DNA from: an uncultured Gammaproteobacteria bacterium
GTDB lineage: Bacteria > Patescibacteriota > Patescibacteriia > Patescibacteriales > WJLG01
Reading direction: 5' to 3'
Length of the DNA stretch: 64,000 nt
Assembly: GCA_964395625.1 (NCBI GenBank)
Contig: CAYNAR010000005.1
Coordinates: 6,537 to 70,536, forward strand
The first letter of the stretch is position 1; the number at the start of each line of letters is the position of its first letter. The position numbers were made by a program, and so were the translations under genes. The notes beneath the pieces are model-generated. The model was not told the DNA's origin and made no database searches. It saw only the letters and a list, made by a program, of their open reading frames with translations. Below, one piece after another: positions 54,528 through 64,000 of this stretch.

Positions 54528-56107
54528 AAATAAAAAATACATGCCAAGCAAATCTGTTTAATGAGGATTATATCCTCCCAATGATTTTGATAGTTTTGGA
54601 TGGATGGGGGATTGCTAAGCCTAGTCGAGGGAATGCCATAACCATAGCTAAAACTCCAACAATAGACTCCCTTATTAAAAAGTATCCCTTCACTAAATTA
54701 TTCGCCCACGGCAAATATGTCGGTTTACCGGTTAAACAAGTTGGTAATAGTGAGGCTGGGCATATGAATATGGGTGCTGGCAGGGTAGTCGAACAGGATG
54801 CTGTAAGGATCAATGATAGTATTGTCAACGGAACTTTCTTTAAAAATCCAGCCTTTAAAGAGGCTATTAATCATGCCCATAAAAACCATTCCAGATTACA
54901 TTTAATGGGAATGCTTTCTGATGACATGAGTCCTCACAGTGACATGAGCCATCTCGTGGCACTTATCAAGATGGCTAAGGACAATGGATTGATAAATAAT
55001 CTATATCTGCACTTATTCACCGATGGTCGTGATTCTCCGCAGCACGAGGCTTTGCGCTTGATAATGGAGTTGCGTCGCAGGTCAAAAGATAAAGTACCGA
55101 TTTCCACTATAATGGGTCGTTTTTATGCCATGGACAGAAAGAAGTCTTGGGGCAGAACCAATGATGCTTATAATGCGATAGTTATGGGAAAGGGGTTGCA
55201 AGCAGACGATGCGGCTCAAGCCATAGTCGAAAGTTATAACAGGAATGAAACTGATGAGTATATAAAACCATATGTCATAGATAAGAAAGGAGTGATAAGC
55301 GACAATGATTCCGTAATTTTCTTTAATTTAAGATCTGACAGGGCTCGTCAACTTGCTAAAATATTCGTTCAGAAAGACTTTAACAAAAAAAATCCAGGGT
55401 CTCTTCCTAGGGCAAGATTGGTTAAAAATCTTTGTTTTGTTTCAATGACTGATTTTGGTCCTAATCTTGAAGAGATACATAAGGCGTATCAATCCGATGA
55501 CTTGACTAGCACTCTTCCAATAGCTTTAGGAGGGTATTCCCAGGCTTATATGGCGGAGTCGGAAAAATTCGCTCATGTGACTTATTTTTTTAATGGAGGA
55601 TATCCTGGTCGCATAGGAGGAGAAGAGCAATATGTCATTCCATCTCCGAATGTGAATTCTTATGACAAGACGCCAGGAATGAAGTCTGTCGCCTTAACGA
55701 AGAAAGTTTTGGAAAATTTAAAAAATAGCAAATTTGATTTTACTCTGTTGAATTTTGCTGCCTCGGATATGGTTGCTCATACTGGTAACCTTAGAGCTGG
55801 TGTTAAGTGTTGTGAAATACTGGATGATTGTATTAAAAAGATAACCGACGCTTATTTAAAGAATGATGGTACTGTTATAATAACGGCTGATCATGGAAAT
55901 ATAGAAGAGATGATCAATCTTGAGACTGGAGAGGTTGACACGGAACACTCGACTAATCAGGTGCCATTCATTCTTGTTAACAAGAGCCTGAAAGGGATTA
56001 AAATAAATAATGGCGGTGCCTTGTGCGATATAGCGCCTACCATTCTTGACTTATTGAATCGAAAAAAACCCAAAGAAATGACCGGAAAAAGTTTAATAAA
56101 AAAATGA
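54524..56107 (+). CDS. gpmI: 2,3-bisphosphoglycerate-independent phosphoglycerate mutase
   Basis: LDGWG, GNSEAGH.N.GAGR (catalytic Ser), DGRD, GRFYAMDR, EKFAHVTYFFNG, DMVAHTG, TADHGN and TEHS. Confidence 0.95.
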   Translation: MKIKNTCQANLFNEDYILPMILIVLDGWGIAKPSRGNAITIAKTPTIDSLIKKYPFTKLFAHGKYVGLPVKQVGNSEAGHMNMGAGRVVEQDAVRINDSIVNGTFFKNPAFKEAINHAHKNHSRLHLMGMLSDDMSPHSDMSHLVALIKMAKDNGLINNLYLHLFTDGRDSPQHEALRLIMELRRRSKDKVPISTIMGRFYAMDRKKSWGRTNDAYNAIVMGKGLQADDAAQAIVESYNRNETDEYIKPYVIDKKGVISDNDSVIFFNLRSDRARQLAKIFVQKDFNKKNPGSLPRARLVKNLCFVSMTDFGPNLEEIHKAYQSDDLTSTLPIALGGYSQAYMAESEKFAHVTYFFNGGYPGRIGGEEQYVIPSPNVNSYDKTPGMKSVALTKKVLENLKNSKFDFTLLNFAASDMVAHTGNLRAGVKCCEILDDCIKKITDAYLKNDGTVIITADHGNIEEMINLETGEVDTEHSTNQVPFILVNKSLKGIKINNGGALCDIAPTILDLLNRKKPKEMTGKSLIKK

Positions 56108-56970
56108 AAAGAGAATCTTATAAAAAAAACGAGCAACTAGTGGTTTTGGTTTTGGATGGCTTTGGAATAGCTCCTGATGGCGAAGGGAACGCATTATCCA
56201 AAGCGGTTATGACCAACTGGAAGAGAGTTGTCTCGAAATATCCTTCAGCCTCGTTGGAATCTTTGTATAGAGTGAATAAAAATATTAGTCAATCGGAAGT
56301 TTATTCGATTTTTGGTGGTAATTTTATGATTGACGATGCGGAAAGGGGGTCTTTGTGTAAGATTCTATCGGAACAGAACACCCCGGTCTCCATTATGGCT
56401 GAACCGGATAGATTGCCTTTGTCCGGCTTCTTCTATAATAACGGAGGTGATTTTCCGGAGTCTATTGTATTTTCTCCGCAAAGCGAAGAAGGTGCTAAAA
56501 TTGATTGTCTACCACTTAGAGTGATATTTAAAGAGTTAATAGGAAGAATAAAAAATAGGGAACGCGGTTTAAAGATTGTTTTTAGTTCTGTGATAGAGAT
56601 GGCCGCCAGAAAAGGCGACATGGGTCTAACTATTTTAATTCTCGAGGAAATGGATAGAATGATTAAATCCGTTATCGATGCGGTTTTGAGTGTTGATGGT
56701 CATGTTATAATTATGGCCACAAACGGTCAGGCCGAAGAGGTTATCGATATGAAGACTGAAAAGGCGAACAAGGAAATATCAAGAAATAAAACACCTTTTG
56801 TTCTGGTGGGAAACGATTTAGAAGGAAAGACAATGGGTTTCCCTGAGGCTTTGAGCGGTGATTTATCGGTGTGCGATAGTGTTGGGACTGTGGCAAATAT
56901 TCCTTCTACTATCTTGTCTTTTTTTGGTATAGATTCTGCTATCTATTACGACAAAAAAAGTTTATTGTAG
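56104..56970 (+). CDS. Truncated, degenerate iPGM paralog (phosphatase-domain scaffold only)
   Basis: LVLDGFG..P...GNA, MATNGQAE (vs TADHGNIE), PFVLV and IPSTIL align to the adjacent gpmI. The central transferase domain and most metal ligands are missing. Confidence 0.75.
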   Translation: MKRESYKKNEQLVVLVLDGFGIAPDGEGNALSKAVMTNWKRVVSKYPSASLESLYRVNKNISQSEVYSIFGGNFMIDDAERGSLCKILSEQNTPVSIMAEPDRLPLSGFFYNNGGDFPESIVFSPQSEEGAKIDCLPLRVIFKELIGRIKNRERGLKIVFSSVIEMAARKGDMGLTILILEEMDRMIKSVIDAVLSVDGHVIIMATNGQAEEVIDMKTEKANKEISRNKTPFVLVGNDLEGKTMGFPEALSGDLSVCDSVGTVANIPSTILSFFGIDSAIYYDKKSLL

Positions 56971-56993
56971 GGTGTTCGATTTATATCTATTTT

Positions 56994-57029
56994 AAAAAAC
57001 ACCCCCTCTTTTAGGAGGGGGTGTTTTTT
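56994..57029. terminator. Bidirectional terminator
   Basis: AAAAAACACCCCCTC-ttttag-GAGGGGGTGTTTTTT between convergent genes. Confidence 0.9.
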
Positions 57030-57456
57030 AAAATATGAAGCTTCCGATTATACTCACACAAAGACCTATGAATGATCCGGCCAGAACTTGCATCGGTGTG
57101 TGTCCCACTTGTTCCAATAGTCGTGGGTAGTGGCTGTCCAAGACCTCGTCATCTCTTAGGTCTTTAACCAAGATGTTTAGTGTTTTTCCGTGCTGACCGA
57201 GGTAGCGTCGTAGGCCAACGGCGTCACGTATTACCACCACGGCGAAGACGAACGATAGCGCGAATATCGGAGAGTATAAGCCGTCTTTTATTCCTATTAT
57301 GGTTACCAGAGAAACCACTAAGGCGCTGTGGCCGGAAGGCATTCCTGAATAGGCCAATAGATTTTTAATGTCTATCTTACGATGATTTGATTTTATGAAA
57401 CATTTCATCGTTTGAGCAATCAGCGCCGATAAGATGGGTAAAACCAAGTAGGCCAT
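57028..57456 (-). CDS. Divergent PAP2 (DUF212) family protein
   Basis: AQ..K, GMPSGHSA, DAVGLRR..G and L.E.VGHTP..V.AG. Confidence 0.92.
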   Translation of the reverse strand: MAYLVLPILSALIAQTMKCFIKSNHRKIDIKNLLAYSGMPSGHSALVVSLVTIIGIKDGLYSPIFALSFVFAVVVIRDAVGLRRYLGQHGKTLNILVKDLRDDEVLDSHYPRLLEQVGHTPMQVLAGSFIGLCVSIIGSFIF

Positions 57457-57462
57457 ATTTTT

Positions 57463-59499
<2,037 letters not shown>

Positions 59500-59649
59500 C
59501 TATTATTAGGTAATAATAAATAAACAACCCGCTATCTATTAATAATGGGCGAAAAAGCTGTCAATATTCATATTTTATCAAAAAAACCTTGTAAAGACAA
59601 GTATTTTGACGAGCTTGATTTATAGCTTAAAAAACAGTAAAATATAATT

Positions 59650-60594
59650 ATGATATATAACGAAGACAATAAAAAAGAAGATTCCATGGAAGGTGTTGTT
59701 ACGGGTCCCGATATTAAAAGATACGAGACTGATGTGTCCGGCGTCTCTTTGAATAATTTGAAGATAGGCTTGTGGCTAGCTAAGAGAAAGGGGATTTTTA
59801 AGAATTCGGTCTTGATTTTATTCGGTGCGGTCGCAGTGTCTTTGGCTGTTTATGGTTTGTTTGGCATCGGCTATTATTATTTAAAGGGTGCCGTCGACGA
59901 CAAAAAGATGGTAGCCGAAATGGTTTCTATAAAAACAGTGCCACAAGAGTTTCTTTTAGAGAGGGCCGCTAAGAATTTAGCTATTTCTTCGTTATCCGTA
60001 ATCGACAATAAGGGTTCTTACGATCTTTATGTGGAGTTAAAAAATCAAAATCTTAAACACTGGGGAATTGTCGACTATTGTTTTAAGTCGGGTGAAAAAG
60101 AGCTAGAGTGTGGGAAAGGTTTTATTTTACCCAACGAAAAAAAATACTTTACCGCGCTTGAGTTAAAGTCGGAAGATCGTTTGGTTAATCCAAAATTTAT
60201 CGTTAACGACGTTGTCTGGAAGAAGCTTGACCCGCATAAAATATTCAATTGGGAGGCCTTTAAAAGTGAAAGACTGAAGATAAAAATCGAAGATATAACC
60301 TTTAATGCCGGGGCTTCTAGTGAATTATCCGAAAAAATCAACATCAATCAGCTGTCTTTTTCTATAAAAAATCAAAGCGCTTATGGTTTTTGGGAGGCAC
60401 CGCTCGAGATAATACTCTACAGAAATGATAGGATAGCTGGTATTAGTCGGTATGTTCTGAAGGAATTTTCTTCTTATGATGAGAGGAAAATAGACATGTC
60501 TTTAGTCGGCGAGTTCTCCGGTGTCAACAAAATAAGCATATTGCCTTATATAAATATCATGGACGATAATAATTATTTGAAACCTGGGAGGTAG
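59650..60594 (+). CDS. Single-pass membrane protein, hypothetical
   Basis: TM at about aa 54-77, followed by two beta-rich repeats. Upstream promoter TTGATT-N17-TAAAAT. Confidence 0.75.
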   Translation: MIYNEDNKKEDSMEGVVTGPDIKRYETDVSGVSLNNLKIGLWLAKRKGIFKNSVLILFGAVAVSLAVYGLFGIGYYYLKGAVDDKKMVAEMVSIKTVPQEFLLERAAKNLAISSLSVIDNKGSYDLYVELKNQNLKHWGIVDYCFKSGEKELECGKGFILPNEKKYFTALELKSEDRLVNPKFIVNDVVWKKLDPHKIFNWEAFKSERLKIKIEDITFNAGASSELSEKININQLSFSIKNQSAYGFWEAPLEIILYRNDRIAGISRYVLKEFSSYDERKIDMSLVGEFSGVNKISILPYINIMDDNNYLKPGR

Positions 60595-60606
60595 GAAAGC
60601 AAATAG

Positions 60607-61710
60607 ATGGGTAAGATATTTTTTCGTTTAAAGAATTTAGACTGGGTGATGTTCTCTTCCGCCTTATTATTGGCTTGTTTTGGTTTGACGGAGATATATA
60701 GTATAGCCTTAGGGCAAGGAACGACGGATTTGCTTAATTTTAAAAAGCAGATTTTTTTTGTTTTGGCCGGTTTGGTGGTTTTTTTTGTTTTTGTTTTGAT
60801 GGATTATGAATTTTTAAAGAATTCAGTTAAGTATTTTTACGCACTGACCTTTATAGCTCTGATCGTTGTTATTTTTATAGGCAGTGGTATTCGTGGCACG
60901 AGAGGTTGGTTTTCTTTAGGGTTTTTTAATTTACAACCCGTTGAATTTGCTAAGATAGCCTTAATATTGGCTTTATCTTATTTTTTATCTAGTAGAGCTG
61001 TTAAAATAAGATCCTTTAAACAATTAATAGTGTCATTTTTTATAACGATAGCATTGGCTGTTCCGACTTTTTTGCAGCCGGATTTTGGTTCGGCGTCTCT
61101 GTTGATGATGACCTGGGTCGCTCTTTTGATTTTTTCCGGTTTTAACAAGAAATTTTTCATTGTGATAAGCACTATTGTTTTTGTGGTGGCAGGTAGTCTC
61201 TGGTTGTTTTATTTCAAAGATTATCAAAAGGAGAGAGTTAGGACTTTTCTTAACCCATCGGCAAATACCTTGTCTTCCGGGTATAATGTTAATCAGGCTT
61301 TGATAGCGGTTGGTTCTGGTGGGGTTTGGGGTAGAGGAGTCGGTTTTGGCTCGCAATCTCAGTTGAAGTTTCTTCCTGAGGCGCATACAGATTTTATTTT
61401 TGCCGTTATTAGTGAGGAGTTCGGCTTTTTGGGTGGACTCATGATATTCTTGGCTTACGCCACTATTTTTTACCGCTCATTGTCAAGTATTGCTAAAATT
61501 AGCAATGATTTTGGTATTTTTATAGTTTTAGGTAGTATGGGCTTGATTTTTATTGAAATGTTTATTAATATTAGTATGAATATCGGGATTATGCCCGTGG
61601 TTGGTATTGCACTACCTTTTGTCAGTTATGGTGGTAGTTCGATGCTGGCAAGTTTTGCCTTGCTAGGAATCGTCGAAAATATTATAATAAAAGCAAAGAC
61701 TAATTTTTAA
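60607..61710 (+). CDS. rodA: SEDS peptidoglycan polymerase RodA
   Basis: RGWF.LG..NLQPVEFAK, QPDFGS, YQKERV, GYNV.Q..IAVGSGG, LPEAHTDFIFAV..EE.G and PFVSYGGSS. Confidence 0.92.
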   Translation: MGKIFFRLKNLDWVMFSSALLLACFGLTEIYSIALGQGTTDLLNFKKQIFFVLAGLVVFFVFVLMDYEFLKNSVKYFYALTFIALIVVIFIGSGIRGTRGWFSLGFFNLQPVEFAKIALILALSYFLSSRAVKIRSFKQLIVSFFITIALAVPTFLQPDFGSASLLMMTWVALLIFSGFNKKFFIVISTIVFVVAGSLWLFYFKDYQKERVRTFLNPSANTLSSGYNVNQALIAVGSGGVWGRGVGFGSQSQLKFLPEAHTDFIFAVISEEFGFLGGLMIFLAYATIFYRSLSSIAKISNDFGIFIVLGSMGLIFIEMFINISMNIGIMPVVGIALPFVSYGGSSMLASFALLGIVENIIIKAKTNF

Positions 61711-61778
61711 TGAAATCTGAAAACGGGTAAAAACGGCCATCTTGGCCTTTTCTTTTTTCAATTTCCAACTTAAATAAT

Positions 61779-62423
61779 ATGACAATGAGTTTAAAACTGG
61801 AATCTTTATCCAGAAAAGGTGATGAAAACACCAAGGAAATGGTTAGTAGCGGCTTTATTCCGGCCATCGTCTACGGACCTCATCTTAAAGCTAATAAGCT
61901 TGTAAAAATCAAGGCTAGCCTTTTGGCTAAAACCTTCGCCGCCGCCGGTGAATCGACATTGATCGATTTGTCTATTGATGGCAAAGAAGAAGGAAAAGTT
62001 TTGTTTAAGGAAGATCAGCGCGATATCCTTAGCAACAACATAATCCACGTCGATCTCTATGAAGTTGATATGAATAAGGAAATTTATGCCAACATCTCTT
62101 TGAATTTTGTGGGAATTCCTTCTGCAGTGGACACAGAAGGCGGTGTTTTGGTTAAGAATATAAACGAAATAGAAGTTAAGTGTTTGCCTGGCGCATTGAC
62201 TGGCGATATCGATGTCGACTTGTCCGTCTTAGCTCACATCCATGATGTCATCAAGATGAAGGATTTGAAATTGCCAAAAGGAATGAGACTTACTTCCGAA
62301 ACCGATGACGTCGTCGCCACTGTCACTGAGCTCAAGATTGAAAAACAGGAGCCGGTCGCCCCTGCTGCTGACGCCACCGCCGTCCCAGCCCAGAATCAGC
62401 CAGTTGCTGATAAAAAGGAGTAA
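61779..62423 (+). CDS. rplY: 50S ribosomal protein L25 (Ctc type)
   Basis: G.IPAIVYG, HVDLY, G...AV...GG.L, EV.CLP and I.VD.S.L. Confidence 0.93.
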   Translation: MTMSLKLESLSRKGDENTKEMVSSGFIPAIVYGPHLKANKLVKIKASLLAKTFAAAGESTLIDLSIDGKEEGKVLFKEDQRDILSNNIIHVDLYEVDMNKEIYANISLNFVGIPSAVDTEGGVLVKNINEIEVKCLPGALTGDIDVDLSVLAHIHDVIKMKDLKLPKGMRLTSETDDVVATVTELKIEKQEPVAPAADATAVPAQNQPVADKKE

Positions 62424-62451
62424 TTAGAATCTTCTAAATATAACAAGGGGA

Positions 62452-63570
62452 ATGTTGTCTAGCTTTAATGTTGTTTTGAAAAAAATAACAAAAAAAATCG
62501 CTGATAATAAAATAAAAATATGGAAAGCCATAATGGTGTTTTCCATATTTTTATTTTTAGCCGTCTCTGTCTTGTTTGCTGTATCTGTTTCGAATAAAAA
62601 AAAGACGGTGGCTGAAAAAAGCGATAATATAGTCGAAGAAGTCGCTGTAAAAGACGAGAGTGTTTGTTCTGAGTGTGTGAGGGGTTTATTGGATGGTTTA
62701 TGGAGAAAAGAGGAGTCCTTGGAAAAACCATTGGTTGCCATTATGATAGATAATCACCCGTCGGCACGTCCTCAATTCGGTTTTGAAATGGCCGATCTCG
62801 TCTACGAGGCCGAGGTCGAGGGCAATTATACCAGATTCATGGCGGTGTATAATCTCAATCATGCTCAGGACCTAGAGAAAGTTGGGCCGGTTAGGAGCGC
62901 TAGGAGCTATTTTCTGGATTGGGCAATGGAGTTGGGTGCTATTTACGGTCATTGCGGAGGTAGTCCAGAGGCTTTGGCTGAGATAGCTGATAGTGATATA
63001 GTGGATTTGAATGAGTTTTATAATGGCAAAAATTTTTGGCGCGATAAAGAGCGCGAGGCTCCGCATAACGTAATGACTTCTTGGGATAAGCTGAATGATT
63101 TTTCTACTTCTAAGAATATTATCATGACAAAGGATTTACGGGTTTGGTCTTTTAAAGAAGATGCCGATTATCAGGATAGGGGAGATGATGGTAAAAATAT
63201 AGCCATAGGATACAGTCATCCCTATTTCGATGTTTCTTGGGTTTTTGTCAGGGAGGATAACGCTTATGTGCGTTTTTTTGATGGAGAGCCGCAACTCACT
63301 GGCAATGGTAATAAGATAATCGCTAAAAATATAATAATTCAAACAATCTCCGCTGATGTCGTCGATGAAAAATTAAGATTAGACATGGATACTGTAGGTG
63401 ATGGTAAGGCGATTTTTTGTCTTGATGGAAAGTGTGAAGAAGGGGAATGGAAGAAGAGTTCCATCGAATCGAGAACCGAATTCTATAAAAAAGACGGCAG
63501 TGCGCCGTCTTTCAATGCTGGGCAGACTTGGTTGCAAATCGTCAGGCCGGAGGTTGTAGTGGAATATTAG
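62452..63570 (+). CDS. DUF3048 domain protein (YerB-like), membrane-anchored; start codon uncertain
   Basis: AIMIDNHPSARPQ.G...AD.VYE..VEG..TRF, GPVRSAR.Y, HCGGS, R.APHN and G.TW. Confidence 0.88.
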   Translation: MLSSFNVVLKKITKKIADNKIKIWKAIMVFSIFLFLAVSVLFAVSVSNKKKTVAEKSDNIVEEVAVKDESVCSECVRGLLDGLWRKEESLEKPLVAIMIDNHPSARPQFGFEMADLVYEAEVEGNYTRFMAVYNLNHAQDLEKVGPVRSARSYFLDWAMELGAIYGHCGGSPEALAEIADSDIVDLNEFYNGKNFWRDKEREAPHNVMTSWDKLNDFSTSKNIIMTKDLRVWSFKEDADYQDRGDDGKNIAIGYSHPYFDVSWVFVREDNAYVRFFDGEPQLTGNGNKIIAKNIIIQTISADVVDEKLRLDMDTVGDGKAIFCLDGKCEEGEWKKSSIESRTEFYKKDGSAPSFNAGQTWLQIVRPEVVVEY

Positions 63571-63998
63571 TTCAATCGCAAAATAGCTAAACGATCCTGA
63601 CTATTGAGATCGTTTTTTGTTTCCAAGACAGCTTCGGGGAGAACCTTTTTTGATAATAAAGAAAAGGTCTCTTTTTGAGTGTCGTCTATTTCACAGAATA
63701 GAAGGATTTTATTTTTTGCTTGAGCCTTTTTTTTCTTTAATTGCTCGAACAAGTGGCAATAATGATCCAGGCCTTCGGCGCCACTTTCAAGGGCGATTTT
63801 CGGCTCTTTCTGTATGGATGGGGATTCTTCGACTTGCCTTGGTGTCAGATATGGAAGGTTTGCCGTTATAAATATCGCCCCAGTTGTTTTATGGAGGTTT
63901 TTCTTTGACAATAAATCGCTGTATAAAAATTTTATACAGTTTTCTACTTCATGTTTTTTGGCATTCTTTTTTGCGATTGTCAGGGCTTTCTTGGATAT
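63567..63998 (-). CDS. prmC: Release factor glutamine methyltransferase, C-terminal part; 5' end lies outside the window
   Basis: Frame is open to the window edge: ISKKALTIAKKNA...SDLL...ANLPY (NPPY variant), EP..AL..G.EGL, EI...Q and DL...DR. Confidence 0.88.
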   Translation of the reverse strand: MSKKALTIAKKNAKKHEVENCIKFLYSDLLSKKNLHKTTGAIFITANLPYLTPRQVEESPSIQKEPKIALESGAEGLDHYCHLFEQLKKKKAQAKNKILLFCEIDDTQKETFSLLSKKVLPEAVLETKNDLNSQDRLAILRLN

Positions 63999-64000
63999 AT

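Overview
AT-rich, gene-dense bacterial chromosome segment using genetic code 11 (TGA acts as stop). Gene content and style suggest a Patescibacteria/CPR genome, probably Parcubacteria-like; this is inferred from an orphan VirD4/TraG-like ATPase, DUF4012, a giant Cys-rich surface protein, a membrane-anchored Clp ATPase and sparse Shine-Dalgarno use. Housekeeping genes: dnaX, rlmH, tgt, mnmA, rpsB-tsf, clpB (with a perfect CIRCE), gltX, asnS, pgk-eno-gpmI, gyrB, rodA, rplY and partial prmC, plus tRNA-Gln(CTG) and RNase P RNA. Many envelope-glycan enzymes are present. No CRISPR array, transposase, integrase or prophage was seen. The strongest candidate for an undescribed system is a cluster at 33.1-36.9 kb: single-domain response regulator, PhcB-like SAM methyltransferase and 7TM-GAF histidine kinase, resembling a signal-synthase/sensor (quorum-sensing-like) circuit with palindrome-embedded promoters. 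Other leads: a membrane-tethered Zn-finger Clp ATPase with a degenerate first AAA+ domain; a ClpB carrying a ClpP-docking IGF loop; TagA-Nudix and VanZ-QueH fusions; a TGT without its zinc ligands; PGK and enolase lacking phosphate-binding residues; a pseudoknotted rpsB leader; and repeated leaderless promoter architecture. All family calls come from visual motif recognition, not database searches.
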